DNA from: a virus | Virus record (IMG/VR): IMGVR_UViG_3300023184_000045 | Span: 1 to 64,000 of that record | Direction: 5' to 3' (one strand) | DNA length: 64,000 bases | Shown here: piece after piece, positions 17,805-28,380 of the stretch | Layout of the letters: every line of letters begins with the position of its first letter | Numbering within the stretch: the stretch's first letter is position 1 | Program-made: the position numbers and the translations under genes | The notes under the pieces: model-generated | Told to the model about the DNA's origin: nothing | Database searches by the model: none | What the model saw: only the letters and a program-made list of their open reading frames with translations

Positions 17805-20800
17805 TCAAGAAACTATCTTGCTAGGAGGAGTAAATGCACTGGTGTATCTGGCCACACTCTTGGTCACACGTAAATCATCAATGTAACCGTTAAAATAGTT
17901 GGATATTGTTGCACCGCCGCTGTAGCCGGCTCCGATATTCACTATGCTTGCACTTATATATGCGGTAGTATCAGCCCATGGGGTTCCGGCTACTACACCA
18001 TTTATATACATGGTAGTGGTATTAACATAACGAACTAGAGCAATATGATACCATGTATTAATAGCAATTGCGCTGGCTGCACTGGTAATCCTGTCTGCTG
18101 TACTGACATAATATCTAACAGTTCCGTCACTGCTTAAATAGATAAGATGATACGCCCCGTTAGTTGATGCCGGTCTGGTGTCAAATAACTGTGCAGTTGT
18201 ACCCGGTAGTGCTGCGGCACGCATCCAAAATTCGATAGTAAAATCGGCTGAAGCACCAAAAATAAACTTGATGTCTGAATATGGAGAAAACACCGTTAGA
18301 TAATTAGTAGTTCCATTAAAATAAACAGATCCTGTGCCATACTTGTAAACGGAATTAACTACCTGCACTGCACCTGCTACACTCCTAATCAGACTTCTTG
18401 ATGTTGAATCATTGATAGCAGAATTTATTGTACTACCAAGTAATAAAGAAGTACCTTTTATTGCAGTTAACAGCCCAGTTGGCGGCGTAAATGCACTAGT
18501 GTACAGTGCAATTCCGTTAACTAGTCGAATATTGCTAATTGTGCCACTAAGGAATAGTGTATTACTGCCAGTTTGACGACCAATGCTGCCACCAGTGGTA
18601 GTTCCGGCAACGCCAAGACCGTCGGCTATTGTGCCCTGAGCATAGACTGCTCCGTTAACATATATTGTTGTCTGGTTTGTACCGGTTCCAGCTCTAACCA
18701 CTGCAACGTGATAAAGTTGACTTGGTAGCAATGCCGTGGTCCCAGTTATATAAAAAGTAGTACTAACGCCAGTGGCATAACCAAATTGTAAAAGTCCGGT
18801 TGCACTAAATCCCAGCTGCCATTGCCCAGTCTGGAACGCTGCCGCGATACCAATAAAGTTGTCAACTAACTTGGGTTGTGCTGTTAATGCACCAAGAGAG
18901 TTAAACCAGCATTCTAATGTAAAATTGGCTGTCCCTATTATCAATGAGTTAGCTGGTAAGGTCAAGTAATCTGTAGTACCATTAAATGCCAGGGCTCCAC
19001 CATACGTTGAATTTGACCAACTGCCAGCAGGAGGATATGGTGAAAAGTTTTCAAGACTAGGAAGGCCAGTTCTGGTTAATGTTCTAGCGTAAACTGATCT
19101 GTCAACTGCATAGCTATCTTTAAATAGTAACAAACTAGTACCAGCCGCAAACGGACTTGCTGTTGATACAGTAGCTGCGTTATTAGTTATAGTGTAGGCA
19201 TTGATGCTGGCATCTGCAATATTGGCAGACTGAGCGGCCAACAAATTAGTAATGCCAGTGCCAAACGGATTAACCAGTGGTGTAACAACCGGTAGTCCGT
19301 TGCCAGGCGATAAAGTAAAAGCATAAGGCCCAGCGTCAATTGGAGTACTAGATCTTGCTACAAACAAATTAGTATAACCAAACGGAACGGTAATACCACC
19401 ACTGGTGTACACAGGATTACCAGTGGTGGTTATTTCAACAGCATTAGTACTATTATCAATTGCTGCGTCCGATTGTGCGGTTAAAAATACAGTATTAGCA
19501 ACAGCAGTCAAGGATGTTGTTGACGGTAGGAAATTAACGGTTGTATATAATGCAGTACCACTTAGAATTCTAAGATTGCTTATATAACCAACAAACGGCC
19601 ACGGATTAGAATCTGCGTATCTACTACCCAATCGAACAGTATCAGACAAGTTAGAAAATGTAGCTGCCAATGAGCTGATAAACGTACCATTGACAAAGGC
19701 AAATAGTCTATTAGATCGCATTGTTAGTGCAATATGAGCCCAGGTGCTAGTTGGCAATGTCCATGGTATAAAATTCAGGCCTGCGCTGTTTGCATTAGCA
19801 ATCCCAGCGCCGTCGCGTGCCAGTATAAACCCTGGTGTGGTTTGAGTTGTGCTAGTTACAATACCTGCCAGACTGTTGGATGTAGGGCCAATCCATACCC
19901 AACACTCAATGGTAAAATCGCCAGTACCTATTATGAAGTTATTACTAGTAGCAGTTAGGTAACTGCTATCATTCAAGTATACGCTGTAAGGAGTAGTAGA
20001 TTGAGTTATAGCCGTTAGTCCGCTAGTAGGAACCACAAAACTAATCGATCGATATAGTGCTGCACTTTTTGTTATTCGAAGATTTGTCAAATAACCTACC
20101 CACGACGATGTAGTTGTTGCACTCCGTGATCCAATTACAGTTGACCCAGCGGAATAGTCAGCAGTGTCAGTGGCACTTGCACCAGCTTGACCATTGATGT
20201 ATACGGTTGTTGCACTGCTAGATCTTACCACAGCCACATGCGCCCATGTATTAATTGCTATAGTAGTAGGAGTGGTAATTAATAGTGTGTTGTTAACCGA
20301 GTAAAATATCACGGTGCCAGTGCTGTTATTAACACCAATTTGATATGTGCCAGCACCTACTCCAGTTCCAACAAAATAAGTTGGCCCAGTGGTTGTAGTA
20401 TAATATACCCATGCTTCAATGGTGAAATCGCCTGTTCCTAAACGCAATGCTACATTGTCAGGTGTAGTCAGATACGATCCTGCCGACGAAAGGACCGACA
20501 CTGGATATTCTGCGTTGTATGCAACAGGGCCGCCGTCATTGGTTAAAGTTAAATTGTAGCCGCCCGAGTCGGTTATATATCCTGCAGACCCTGTTACATT
20601 TAATAACAACGATGTATAACTTGCGGCCGGTATTGCCCGAGTATTGATCCCTCCAATGGGATTTGCTATTTGCGTTGATCTTAGTATATAATTTGGTGTA
20701 GTAAAACTAGCACCGGAGTATACGGCAAGCCCCTTGACTACCCTTAAATTAAACACATAGCCAGTGAATGCAGAATTTGCATTGCCTGATTGATCATCAC

Positions 20801-23800
20801 CAATGGTAATAAAAAGATTATTGCCAATGGTACCCAATTGATTAGCAGTTCCTGTGTTATTTAAAACACCGTTATAATACCATCTTGGTATAGTTGATTC
20901 TACTACCACAGCAACGTGTGTCCATTGATTCAGTGATATTGCCGACCCTGCATAAAATTGAACACCACCATTGGTACCATAGAATCCCATGTAATTGGGT
21001 GTTGCTGGATAAGTGGCGCTACCAAACAATCCAAATATCCAGTCTGCACTAGAGCCTGAGAAATGCCCGCCAATTATTTGTCCAAGGTTACTAGGACTTA
21101 CAGTTGGATATATCCAACATTCTACCGTGAAATCCCCTGTTCCAAATGCAAATATTGCATTTGGAGAGGTTGAAAGTTTAGTTCCAGCTGCGCCATTAAA
21201 ATATAAACTACCTGTGTCTGGGAAGACATCTACAATTTTAATAAAGTTAAGACTATAATTAGTTGGAACAGTAGAAATTGCTGCGGTTGCAGGAGTAAAG
21301 TTTGCTGTGTACAAGGCCTGACCATTTGTCACACGCAAATTAGATATATGCCCAGTGAATTTGCCAGCGCCCTGACCACCAATAACAGCAGTAGTAGCAA
21401 TGGTTCCCCATGTTCCAGTTTGTGCTATGCTACCAACTCTATTACCTGCTAAGTATATAGTTACTGTGTTTGAACTATTTACAAATGCCAGGTGTGTCCA
21501 AGTGCTCAAACTTGGTGTTGTTGCTATTACAGTTTGATAACTAAGTCCATTCCTTGCTGCTACAATATAACCAGTACTGGTAATACCCCAAGTTTGATAG
21601 CTGGTAACACCTGCATTACCAGTAATAATATTTCTAGAAGTTGCATACGTGATACCAGTAGCAGCAGTAGTCAGATACACCCAAGCTTCAACCGTATAAT
21701 CACTAGTCAATGTTGGTATCGCTGTTGACGAATAAACAAGTAAATTTGCTGTAGTACCATTGAACAATACGCTATATGTACCAGTACCTGCTACGGTGGT
21801 TAACTGTGTAATTGGTTGAACAGTTGTTTGTATACCTTTATCAATTTGCAAGTTAGATATGTATCCCGAGAAGTATGCAGTACCAGCCGGGTTTCTACCA
21901 ATGTTTAATGTATTAGTCGGTGCTGCGGTTGTATAGGCAAACGATGTATTGCTACTTGATCCTGAGCTGACATTATTAATATAAAAACCAATAGTTTTTG
22001 TACTGGCAGTAAAAGTAATTGCTATATAATTCCATTGGTTCAATTGCACCACTGGGTTAGAATTAAATGCTGGGTTAGTAAGCGTGCTGCCAGTGGCATT
22101 AAAAAATACCACAGATACACTGCTAGTCAAACCGCCATAGGTTGTATTGTTAAGTTCGATGCTCATTCCAGTTTGCCCAGCCACATTGGTAGTGGCCAGC
22201 GGAACCATTAGTGATGAGCTTCTTGGATACACCCAAAATCTCACAGTCCAATCTTCAATGCCGTTATGTAAAAATGCCCACTCAACGGCTGTACTGACTG
22301 TGTAGTAGTCTGCGGATCCATTGAATTGATAACTCCAACCAGTTAAGAATGAGTTGGTTGACCCTTGTGTTGTAGTACTTGCTCTGGTGACTAAAAAGTT
22401 ATTGAAACTAGTGTCTGAGAAGAAATTGTTGTTGTTTGATACATTGTATTGGCTAGTCAATAGGCTAGTACCAGCGTAGGAACCAAATGGGTTGTTTACA
22501 CTAACACCAGTTACACCATTGTTGGTAATAACAATACTATTCCCGCTGGTGTCCACAATGGTTCTGGACTGAGCTATCAATAAACCAGAACCGCCGACAA
22601 TAGCCCACGACGGAACACCATTTTGATCAGCTGTCTGCGACGATGTCAGTGCTGTGGTAGAGGGCGTAAAGTTAGCGGTGTAAACGGCTACACCTTTGAC
22701 CAATCGCATGTTGCTAATATAACCAGGAAAGTAATAAGTAACACCGCCGCCGTCGAGTGCAAAACCCACTGACAACAATGCAGTCGAAGCTGTAATGCTA
22801 GCAGGAGCCGCAACAGAACTAACCAGCGATCCATTAATATAAACATTGGCATTTGCAGTTGATTTGACCCAGGCCACATGATACCAAGTATTAGAACTAA
22901 TTGCACCGGCTGGCGACGATTGAGATAAATTACCATTCCAATCTACACGCAAGTTGCCATTCATTGTGCGCATCAAGAATGCTCTACCACCTGCTGCGGT
23001 CCACATGCTGACCACAGTGGCATTAGGACGAAAAGTAGTATCTGTTACATACATCCATGTTTCAACAGTAAAGTCGGCTGCGCCAAATGCATAATTAGCA
23101 CTATTTGGTGCAGTTAAGTATTGATTAACACCATTTAAGTATACACTATAATTCTTTACTGTTGGTTGTGTAACAGCTGAGATATTAGTACCAGATTCTT
23201 GCGTTGATGTTAAAGCTGTTGTAGCTGGAGTAAAATTACCAGTGTAGACCGCAGTGCCTAATACCTTACGGAAGTTACTGATATAACCAGTCCAATACAG
23301 GCCTGGTGTAGTGCCTGCTCCGCTGCCAATGGATAGTGGTGCCACATTAGTATGTACATTCCCTGTAACTGTTGTAGTACCTCCTAAATTACCGTTAACC
23401 CAGACCGACCACACATTACCTACTCTAGTAGCAGCTACATGATTCCATGCGCTGGCTTGAATAGATATAACCGAAGTAATACTAACTCCCCAAACAAGAC
23501 CATTCACACTTGCATTAAATACCGGTGCCAGTGTGCTTGAAAATCCCAGCTGGTAACCAGAAAATACTGCTGTTGTTCCACGTTTGGCAACTACTGTTCC
23601 AGTAGGAGCAGTGAGTGCAGTCCATATCCATGCTTCTACGGTAAAATCTAATACACCAACATTAAACTCTGGTGCATCTGCAATGGTAAAATAATCTGTA
23701 GTACCATTGAAATAAGTTGAACCTAACAATGCATCGGTGCCAGACAACGTGCTAGGGCTAGGAAATGCCACTGCGGCTTGAGTAGGTCTAATACTGGCAT

Positions 23801-26800
23801 AGGTATTTGTTAATGCAAAATTGTTCGGAGAGTTGTCAACAAATGTACTATTCTGTAATGTTAATATACTAGTTTGTCCAGCTTCAATTGCTGCTGACGG
23901 TATTCCATTTACGTTAATATCTTGTGTAACTGTTAACGGAACTGTTGATGGTGTAAAGTTGCCAGTGGTAATCACCAGTGTACCTTTTACCATGCGAATA
24001 TTTGTAATGGATCCAACAAATTGCCTACTAGGCCCATTGATCCACGCACCTATATAAGTTTGAAAACTTGAAGACCAATTAACGGATACCGTTGACACTG
24101 CCACTGATCCTATTAGGCCGGCATTTCTATACAGATACATAGTTGTACCTGTACGTATAAGTCGATAATAATACCAATTATTTGCCGCTATGACGCCCGC
24201 AGATTCTGTGATAGTGTACGCAGTAACTCCAGAGTATACAGTTGCAGTCATTGCAGCATTGTTCATTTCCAATACAATACCTTCATCTGCATTGGTAGTA
24301 ATTGTACTGTTTGAAATAGAAAACACACGTTGCAATCCGGTTACGCCGCCAGGATATATCCATAAATCTACTGCAAAGTTGCCGCTGCCAACTTGGAATG
24401 CTGCATTGTTTGCTACCTGTAGATACTGTATAACTTGACTTTGGTCAGTGGTTAATGTGTTAGGAAAACTTCTACCCGGGCCCCATATTATACGAACGGC
24501 GCCGCGGCCACCTTGTCCTGCCAACAGTGTTGGATGGTCACCCGGCTTATAGCCGAAGTTATATCCGCCTCCACCGCCGCCAAAATCCCCGCCAGGTGTT
24601 AATCCTATAGGCGAAGCTCGCAATCCTGTAAGTTCTATACCTGTATAAGGCCAACTATCGCTACCACCACTGTCACCGGTGCCAAATGGTGTTGCCAACC
24701 TATAGATGGCGCCATTGTTGGTTATTGTGTTTGGTGTTGTACTTGAATCGGTTATGTATGCTGCACTGTTTGCAGACAACAATAATAACGATGTTGCACT
24801 TGAACTTGCAATTGGCTGAATGTTAAGTATTGGGTTACCAGTCTGTGTTACAGTCAGTGGTGCAGTAGGTGGTGTGAAGTTACCTGTGTAGACTGCAACA
24901 CCTTTGACTATACGTAAATTAGTTACATAACCATTTTGATATATACTATTATATACACCCATATTGAGAGGGAGTGCAGCACTAGACTGCGGGGTTCCAC
25001 TAATTGCTGTTAGAGTTTGTGCTACTCCGTTTACAAATATTCTAATTCCGCCCGAGGTCTTGGTCATTGCAATGTGAGACCATGCACTAAGAGCTACTGT
25101 ATTTGTAGAAAGCACAGAATTTTGCGTACCATTAAAATAATAAAAACGAATTTGCCCAGTGGCACTACCAATGCCAAATGACCAATAATTAGTCGAAACA
25201 TTATAACCCATATTACCAACAACAGTTGGTCCATTTACGCTGGCGCTAGAATACCAATTGGCATACGACAATGGATATATCCAACATTCTAAAGTATAGT
25301 CAGTGGTCCACCAATCAAATAATGCTGTTGAATATGGTGTTGTTAGATAATTAGAATTATTAAAAAACAGTGCGCCACCCGGTGCGTATTCTGCTGACCC
25401 GCCGGCAGTAAATCCACCTGGATTACTTGAGGCAATTCCACTTGTTCCTTGCCCTAGTACTCCGGTGCCGCCGCCGCCCGATCCTACTATAGTACCATTA
25501 CCAATGCCACCGGCACCGGCGCCGCCAGACCCGGCACTAGCAGGGTCGATTGAGTACGACGAAACACCAAGGCCGCCAGCACCAACATATCCGCCTGCGC
25601 CTCCGCCCCCACCGCTATTAAAGGTAGGGTATATTGTGGCACCTGCGCCGCCTACTCCGCCACCGTCGCCAGCATAAGCACCACCTGCACCACCTGCATT
25701 ATTAATGGCGCCGCCGCCGCCGCCCCCGAACACGGTTGATGAATTTATAAAATAACTAGAGCCGCCAGCGGATGCAGGCACGTTGGTACCTAAATCTTGG
25801 CCACCAACTCCAGCTACAACTGTATAACTTTGTCCGGGCGTTACAGAAATGTTGTTTTTCCATCCCAGGCCACCTCCACCGCCGCCAGTGGCGCCCAGAT
25901 AGGCACTCCCCGACCACCCCTGATTTCCGCCACCACCTGCGCCAATGGCTACAACTGATACACTAGTAACACCAGGTGGGCATACCCAATTGGCATTACT
26001 TGTAAATAACTGTTGATAAACCAAATTAGCAGTTACTAAACTACCACCAGTGTCCAATGGTGTTAATGCGCTATAGGCAATTGGATAAGTTGCAGAGTTT
26101 AATACTGTAAATGCATTTGCACTAGAGTCTGTAATGTAAGTTGTGTCTGATGCTACATTTAACAATAAGGATGTACCAGCAACGTTTGCAGTTAGTGTAG
26201 TTGGCACCGATCCTCCATATAGTACAACGCCGTTGACAAATCTAAAGTTGTGTATATATCCAGTAAAATATTGGCCAATACTACTATTTCCGATAGTTAA
26301 CACGTTATCTGTAAAGTTATTTGTATTGGTTGTACTATTTGTTAGTGTTCCATTTAGCCAACAAGCGTGTACATTTGCGCGGCGGGTATATGCAACGTGC
26401 ATCCATGTATTGGTTGGAATGGTTCCCGCAAAGCCTCCATTTATAGCAGAACCATTATAATTTCGTACGCCTATACCATTGGTGTTGCTAATATACCAAT
26501 GCCATCCAGCATTACTATTACCAATTGTAGTACTAGCAATTGTTTCTGTTGCCCCACCGGGTACCGTAATATATACCCAACATTCTGCTGTAAAATCTCC
26601 TACTCCTGTAGCAAAAGCAGCAGAGTTTGCGGTAGTTACTATTTGGGCAGCACCATTAAAATAGACTGGGTAGTTAAGGCCAGATGTTGGAAAGAATGGA
26701 TTGTTTAAATCTGGACGGGCAGATCCAGCCGTAACAACTGCTAATGCATTTGAACTAGCATCTGCATTATATGGGGGTGCCAAAGTGTCGGCTTGTATTT

Positions 26801-26948
26801 CTAATATAACACTTTTTCTATAAGGATCATTTGTGGTCCATACATCAGTCCCAGTGTATTTGGCAGTGTCGGCCGTAGACCAAACTCCGCCATCTGCTGG
26901 ATATATTGTAGTTGATGTTATTAACCCACCTGGGAATTTTTTTGCCAT
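17805..26948 (-). CDS. 3047-aa giant lectin array: 12 LamG/ConA-like domains and one glycine-rich domain, partly nested
   Basis: Twelve (D/N)(F/Y/W)(T/A)xxxW cores counted, most followed by NLRxxxG.AxY..FTP; N-terminal MAKKFPGG motif. Confidence 0.92.
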   Translation of the reverse strand: MAKKFPGGLITSTTIYPADGGVWSTADTAKYTGTDVWTTNDPYRKSVILEIQADTLAPPYNADASSNALAVVTAGSARPDLNNPFFPTSGLNYPVYFNGAAQIVTTANSAAFATGVGDFTAECWVYITVPGGATETIASTTIGNSNAGWHWYISNTNGIGVRNYNGSAINGGFAGTIPTNTWMHVAYTRRANVHACWLNGTLTNSTTNTNNFTDNVLTIGNSSIGQYFTGYIHNFRFVNGVVLYGGSVPTTLTANVAGTSLLLNVASDTTYITDSSANAFTVLNSATYPIAYSALTPLDTGGSLVTANLVYQQLFTSNANWVCPPGVTSVSVVAIGAGGGGNQGWSGSAYLGATGGGGGGLGWKNNISVTPGQSYTVVAGVGGQDLGTNVPASAGGSSYFINSSTVFGGGGGGAINNAGGAGGAYAGDGGGVGGAGATIYPTFNSGGGGGAGGYVGAGGLGVSSYSIDPASAGSGGAGAGGIGNGTIVGSGGGGTGVLGQGTSGIASSNPGGFTAGGSAEYAPGGALFFNNSNYLTTPYSTALFDWWTTDYTLECWIYPLSYANWYSSASVNGPTVVGNMGYNVSTNYWSFGIGSATGQIRFYYFNGTQNSVLSTNTVALSAWSHIAMTKTSGGIRIFVNGVAQTLTAISGTPQSSAALPLNMGVYNSIYQNGYVTNLRIVKGVAVYTGNFTPPTAPLTVTQTGNPILNIQPIASSSATSLLLLSANSAAYITDSSTTPNTITNNGAIYRLATPFGTGDSGGSDSWPYTGIELTGLRASPIGLTPGGDFGGGGGGYNFGYKPGDHPTLLAGQGGRGAVRIIWGPGRSFPNTLTTDQSQVIQYLQVANNAAFQVGSGNFAVDLWIYPGGVTGLQRVFSISNSTITTNADEGIVLEMNNAAMTATVYSGVTAYTITESAGVIAANNWYYYRLIRTGTTMYLYRNAGLIGSVAVSTVSVNWSSSFQTYIGAWINGPSRQFVGSITNIRMVKGTLVITTGNFTPSTVPLTVTQDINVNGIPSAAIEAGQTSILTLQNSTFVDNSPNNFALTNTYASIRPTQAAVAFPSPSTLSGTDALLGSTYFNGTTDYFTIADAPEFNVGVLDFTVEAWIWTALTAPTGTVVAKRGTTAVFSGYQLGFSSTLAPVFNASVNGLVWGVSITSVISIQASAWNHVAATRVGNVWSVWVNGNLGGTTTVTGNVHTNVAPLSIGSGAGTTPGLYWTGYISNFRKVLGTAVYTGNFTPATTALTSTQESGTNISAVTQPTVKNYSVYLNGVNQYLTAPNSANYAFGAADFTVETWMYVTDTTFRPNATVVSMWTAAGGRAFLMRTMNGNLRVDWNGNLSQSSPAGAISSNTWYHVAWVKSTANANVYINGSLVSSVAAPASITASTALLSVGFALDGGGVTYYFPGYISNMRLVKGVAVYTANFTPSTTALTSSQTADQNGVPSWAIVGGSGLLIAQSRTIVDTSGNSIVITNNGVTGVSVNNPFGSYAGTSLLTSQYNVSNNNNFFSDTSFNNFLVTRASTTTQGSTNSFLTGWSYQFNGSADYYTVSTAVEWAFLHNGIEDWTVRFWVYPRSSSLMVPLATTNVAGQTGMSIELNNTTYGGLTSSVSVVFFNATGSTLTNPAFNSNPVVQLNQWNYIAITFTASTKTIGFYINNVSSGSSSNTSFAYTTAAPTNTLNIGRNPAGTAYFSGYISNLQIDKGIQTTVQPITQLTTVAGTGTYSVLFNGTTANLLVYSSTAIPTLTSDYTVEAWVYLTTAATGITYATSRNIITGNAGVTSYQTWGITSTGYIVAARNGLSYQTVIATTPSLSTWTHLAFVNSSNTVTIYLAGNRVGSIAQTGTWGTIATTAVIGGQGAGKFTGHISNLRVTNGQALYTANFTPATAAISTVPTNYSLNFIKIVDVFPDTGSLYFNGAAGTKLSTSPNAIFAFGTGDFTVECWIYPTVSPSNLGQIIGGHFSGSSADWIFGLFGSATYPATPNYMGFYGTNGGVQFYAGSAISLNQWTHVAVVVESTIPRWYYNGVLNNTGTANQLGTIGNNLFITIGDDQSGNANSAFTGYVFNLRVVKGLAVYSGASFTTPNYILRSTQIANPIGGINTRAIPAASYTSLLLNVTGSAGYITDSGGYNLTLTNDGGPVAYNAEYPVSVLSSAGSYLTTPDNVALRLGTGDFTIEAWVYYTTTTGPTYFVGTGVGAGTYQIGVNNSTGTVIFYSVNNTLLITTPTTIAINTWAHVAVVRSSSATTVYINGQAGASATDTADYSAGSTVIGSRSATTTSSWVGYLTNLRITKSAALYRSISFVVPTSGLTAITQSTTPYSVYLNDSSYLTATSNNFIIGTGDFTIECWVWIGPTSNSLAGIVTSTTQTTPGFILARDGAGIANANSAGLNFIPWTLPTSTWAHIALTMRSNRLFAFVNGTFISSLAATFSNLSDTVRLGSRYADSNPWPFVGYISNLRILSGTALYTTVNFLPSTTSLTAVANTVFLTAQSDAAIDNSTNAVEITTTGNPVYTSGGITVPFGYTNLFVARSSTPIDAGPYAFTLSPGNGLPVVTPLVNPFGTGITNLLAAQSANIADASINAYTITNNAATVSTASPFAAGTSLLLFKDSYAVDRSVYARTLTRTGLPSLENFSPYPPAGSWSNSTYGGALAFNGTTDYLTLPANSLIIGTANFTLECWFNSLGALTAQPKLVDNFIGIAAAFQTGQWQLGFSATGLLQFGYATGVSTTFYITGTTALLPSQLYHVAVVRAGTGTNQTTIYVNGAVYAQGTIADGLGVAGTTTGGSIGRQTGSNTLFLSGTISNIRLVNGIALYTSAFTPPTGLLTAIKGTSLLLGSTINSAINDSTSRSLIRSVAGAVQVVNSVYKYGTGSVYFNGTTNYLTVFSPYSDIKFIFGASADFTIEFWMRAAALPGTTAQLFDTRPASTNGAYHLIYLSSDGTVRYYVSTADRITSAASAIAINTWYHIALVRYVNTTTMYINGVVAGTPWADTTAYISASIVNIGAGYSGGATISNYFNGYIDDLRVTKSVARYTSAFTPPSKIVS

Positions 26949-26969
26949 TATTGATCCGTTTTACCCGAC

Positions 26970-26988
26970 ACTAGTTATTTAACTAAAA
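26970..26988 (-). promoter_or_regulatory. Late promoter TAAATA inside an inverted repeat; copy 2 of the 19-bp element
   Basis: Identical to 3178-3196; upstream of the 3047-aa gene. Confidence 0.7.
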
Positions 26989-26990
26989 AC

Positions 26991-27004
26991 AAATGTTAAC
27001 ATTT
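26991..27004. other. Perfect 14-bp palindrome AAATGTTAACATTT next to the palindromic late promoter
   Basis: Self-complementary, intergenic, 2 bp from the 19-bp element. Confidence 0.6.
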
Positions 27005-27022
27005 TTCATACAAACAATACCA

Positions 27023-28012
27023 CTACCAGACTATTGACCCAGATTGAGTAAATATGTAACTAATATTTACACCAGAAACGATTAAGGTAGGATTACCTGT
27101 AGTTGCGGTTGCATAACCATATGTAGCCGAATAACGCAGAACAACTGCGCCCGATCCACCAGTACCACCAATGCCACCGGCACCACTTACATTTCCTGCT
27201 CTACTTGTACCACCACCGCCACCACCGCCGGTATTTGCAGTTCCAGGATTTCCTGCGCTTAAGAATGTTGCTCCACCAGCGCCGCCGCCACCTATTCCTC
27301 CAGCACCAGGAATTCCGATAGAGGTATCCCCACCACCGCCACCACCGCCGGCATAGTAAGCAAAATAGCCGGCTATCGAGGAACCTAGGCCAGCGCCGCC
27401 AACCCCGCCGCTGACTGCTGGAGTTCCGGTGCCACCTACTGCATTTTTTCCACCTCCGCCTCCTCCAGCGCCGTTGCCTCCTCCAGTTGTAACGGCGCCA
27501 CCATCATTTCCTTGTCCTGCGGTTCCTGTACCAGCAGTTGATACAAAGTTAGCGCCACCACCAGACCCACCGTTCCTGACAACGTTTGTGCCAGAGTTTT
27601 GAATGCCGGAACCGCCACCACCACCAATGGCTGTTATTGTAGAGGTTCCGGCAATAATTGAATTTCCGCCAGCGCCGCCATTTCCTGTATTAAAATTAGG
27701 ACCAGCCGTGCCACCACCACCTACACTTATTATTATACTGGCGCCAGAAATAACAGAAAACCCTGTAGCAGTTAATAAGCCGCCGGCGCCGCCACCGCCA
27801 CCGCCTGTAGTATTGCCGTCTCCGCCACCACCGCCGCCGCCGGCTACTACTAAATATTCAACTGTTGGTGGAGCTCCTGATCCCAGAGACGGCCAGCGAT
27901 TTGCTTGTTTATTTTGCAACTGCTGAGATAAAGTCCAAATTCCACTGGTACTGGAAGAGGTAGGATTATAAATTGATCCTGAGATTATCCCTCCAGGATA
28001 TCGCTTGCTCAT
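27023..28012 (-). CDS. 329-aa glycine-rich-domain protein (putative fibre tip/adhesin) with MSKRYPGG N-terminus
   Basis: VEYLVVAGGGG...GTANTGGGGG...GAVVLRY...YIFTQSGSIVW; starts 1 nt after the upstream stop. Confidence 0.9.
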   Translation of the reverse strand: MSKRYPGGIISGSIYNPTSSSTSGIWTLSQQLQNKQANRWPSLGSGAPPTVEYLVVAGGGGGGGDGNTTGGGGGGAGGLLTATGFSVISGASIIISVGGGGTAGPNFNTGNGGAGGNSIIAGTSTITAIGGGGGSGIQNSGTNVVRNGGSGGGANFVSTAGTGTAGQGNDGGAVTTGGGNGAGGGGGGKNAVGGTGTPAVSGGVGGAGLGSSIAGYFAYYAGGGGGGGDTSIGIPGAGGIGGGGAGGATFLSAGNPGTANTGGGGGGGTSRAGNVSGAGGIGGTGGSGAVVLRYSATYGYATATTGNPTLIVSGVNISYIFTQSGSIVW

Positions 28013-28013
28013 A

Positions 28014-28376
28014 TTAGCTTATCTCTTCGTAGCTGACTGTAACTACTAGTGCGCTGGCCACTACTGCTATTGCAGTGATGCTGGTATTTTCTTCCAAGTA
28101 GTATTGACTAGTTTTATCAATAACGTTTAGTGTACTTTTAGACGGTACACTCACGTTTGCCACAATAGGGTACGCTGTTGCTCCATTGAAATAACTTACC
28201 GTAACCTCTACTGCTGCCGAAGTATTAGTATTAGCCACGTTGAGTACATTTACTTTAAAAACTTTACCCGAACTGGCACCATTGGTTAATACTGTTGTTG
28301 AAGTTGTACTGGTAAGTGATGTTCCAGTTGTTTTTCCTGTGATTGTTGCTACATTAATTATATTTGGCGCTGCCAT
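28014..28376 (-). CDS. 120-aa MAAPN-family small virion protein (putative adaptor); paralog of 42651..43007
   Basis: MAAPNI....ITGKT ... YYLEE..SI ... VSYEEIS, matching the paralog. Confidence 0.85.
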   Translation of the reverse strand: MAAPNIINVATITGKTTGTSLTSTTSTTVLTNGASSGKVFKVNVLNVANTNTSAAVEVTVSYFNGATAYPIVANVSVPSKSTLNVIDKTSQYYLEENTSITAIAVVASALVVTVSYEEIS

Positions 28377-28380
28377 ATTT

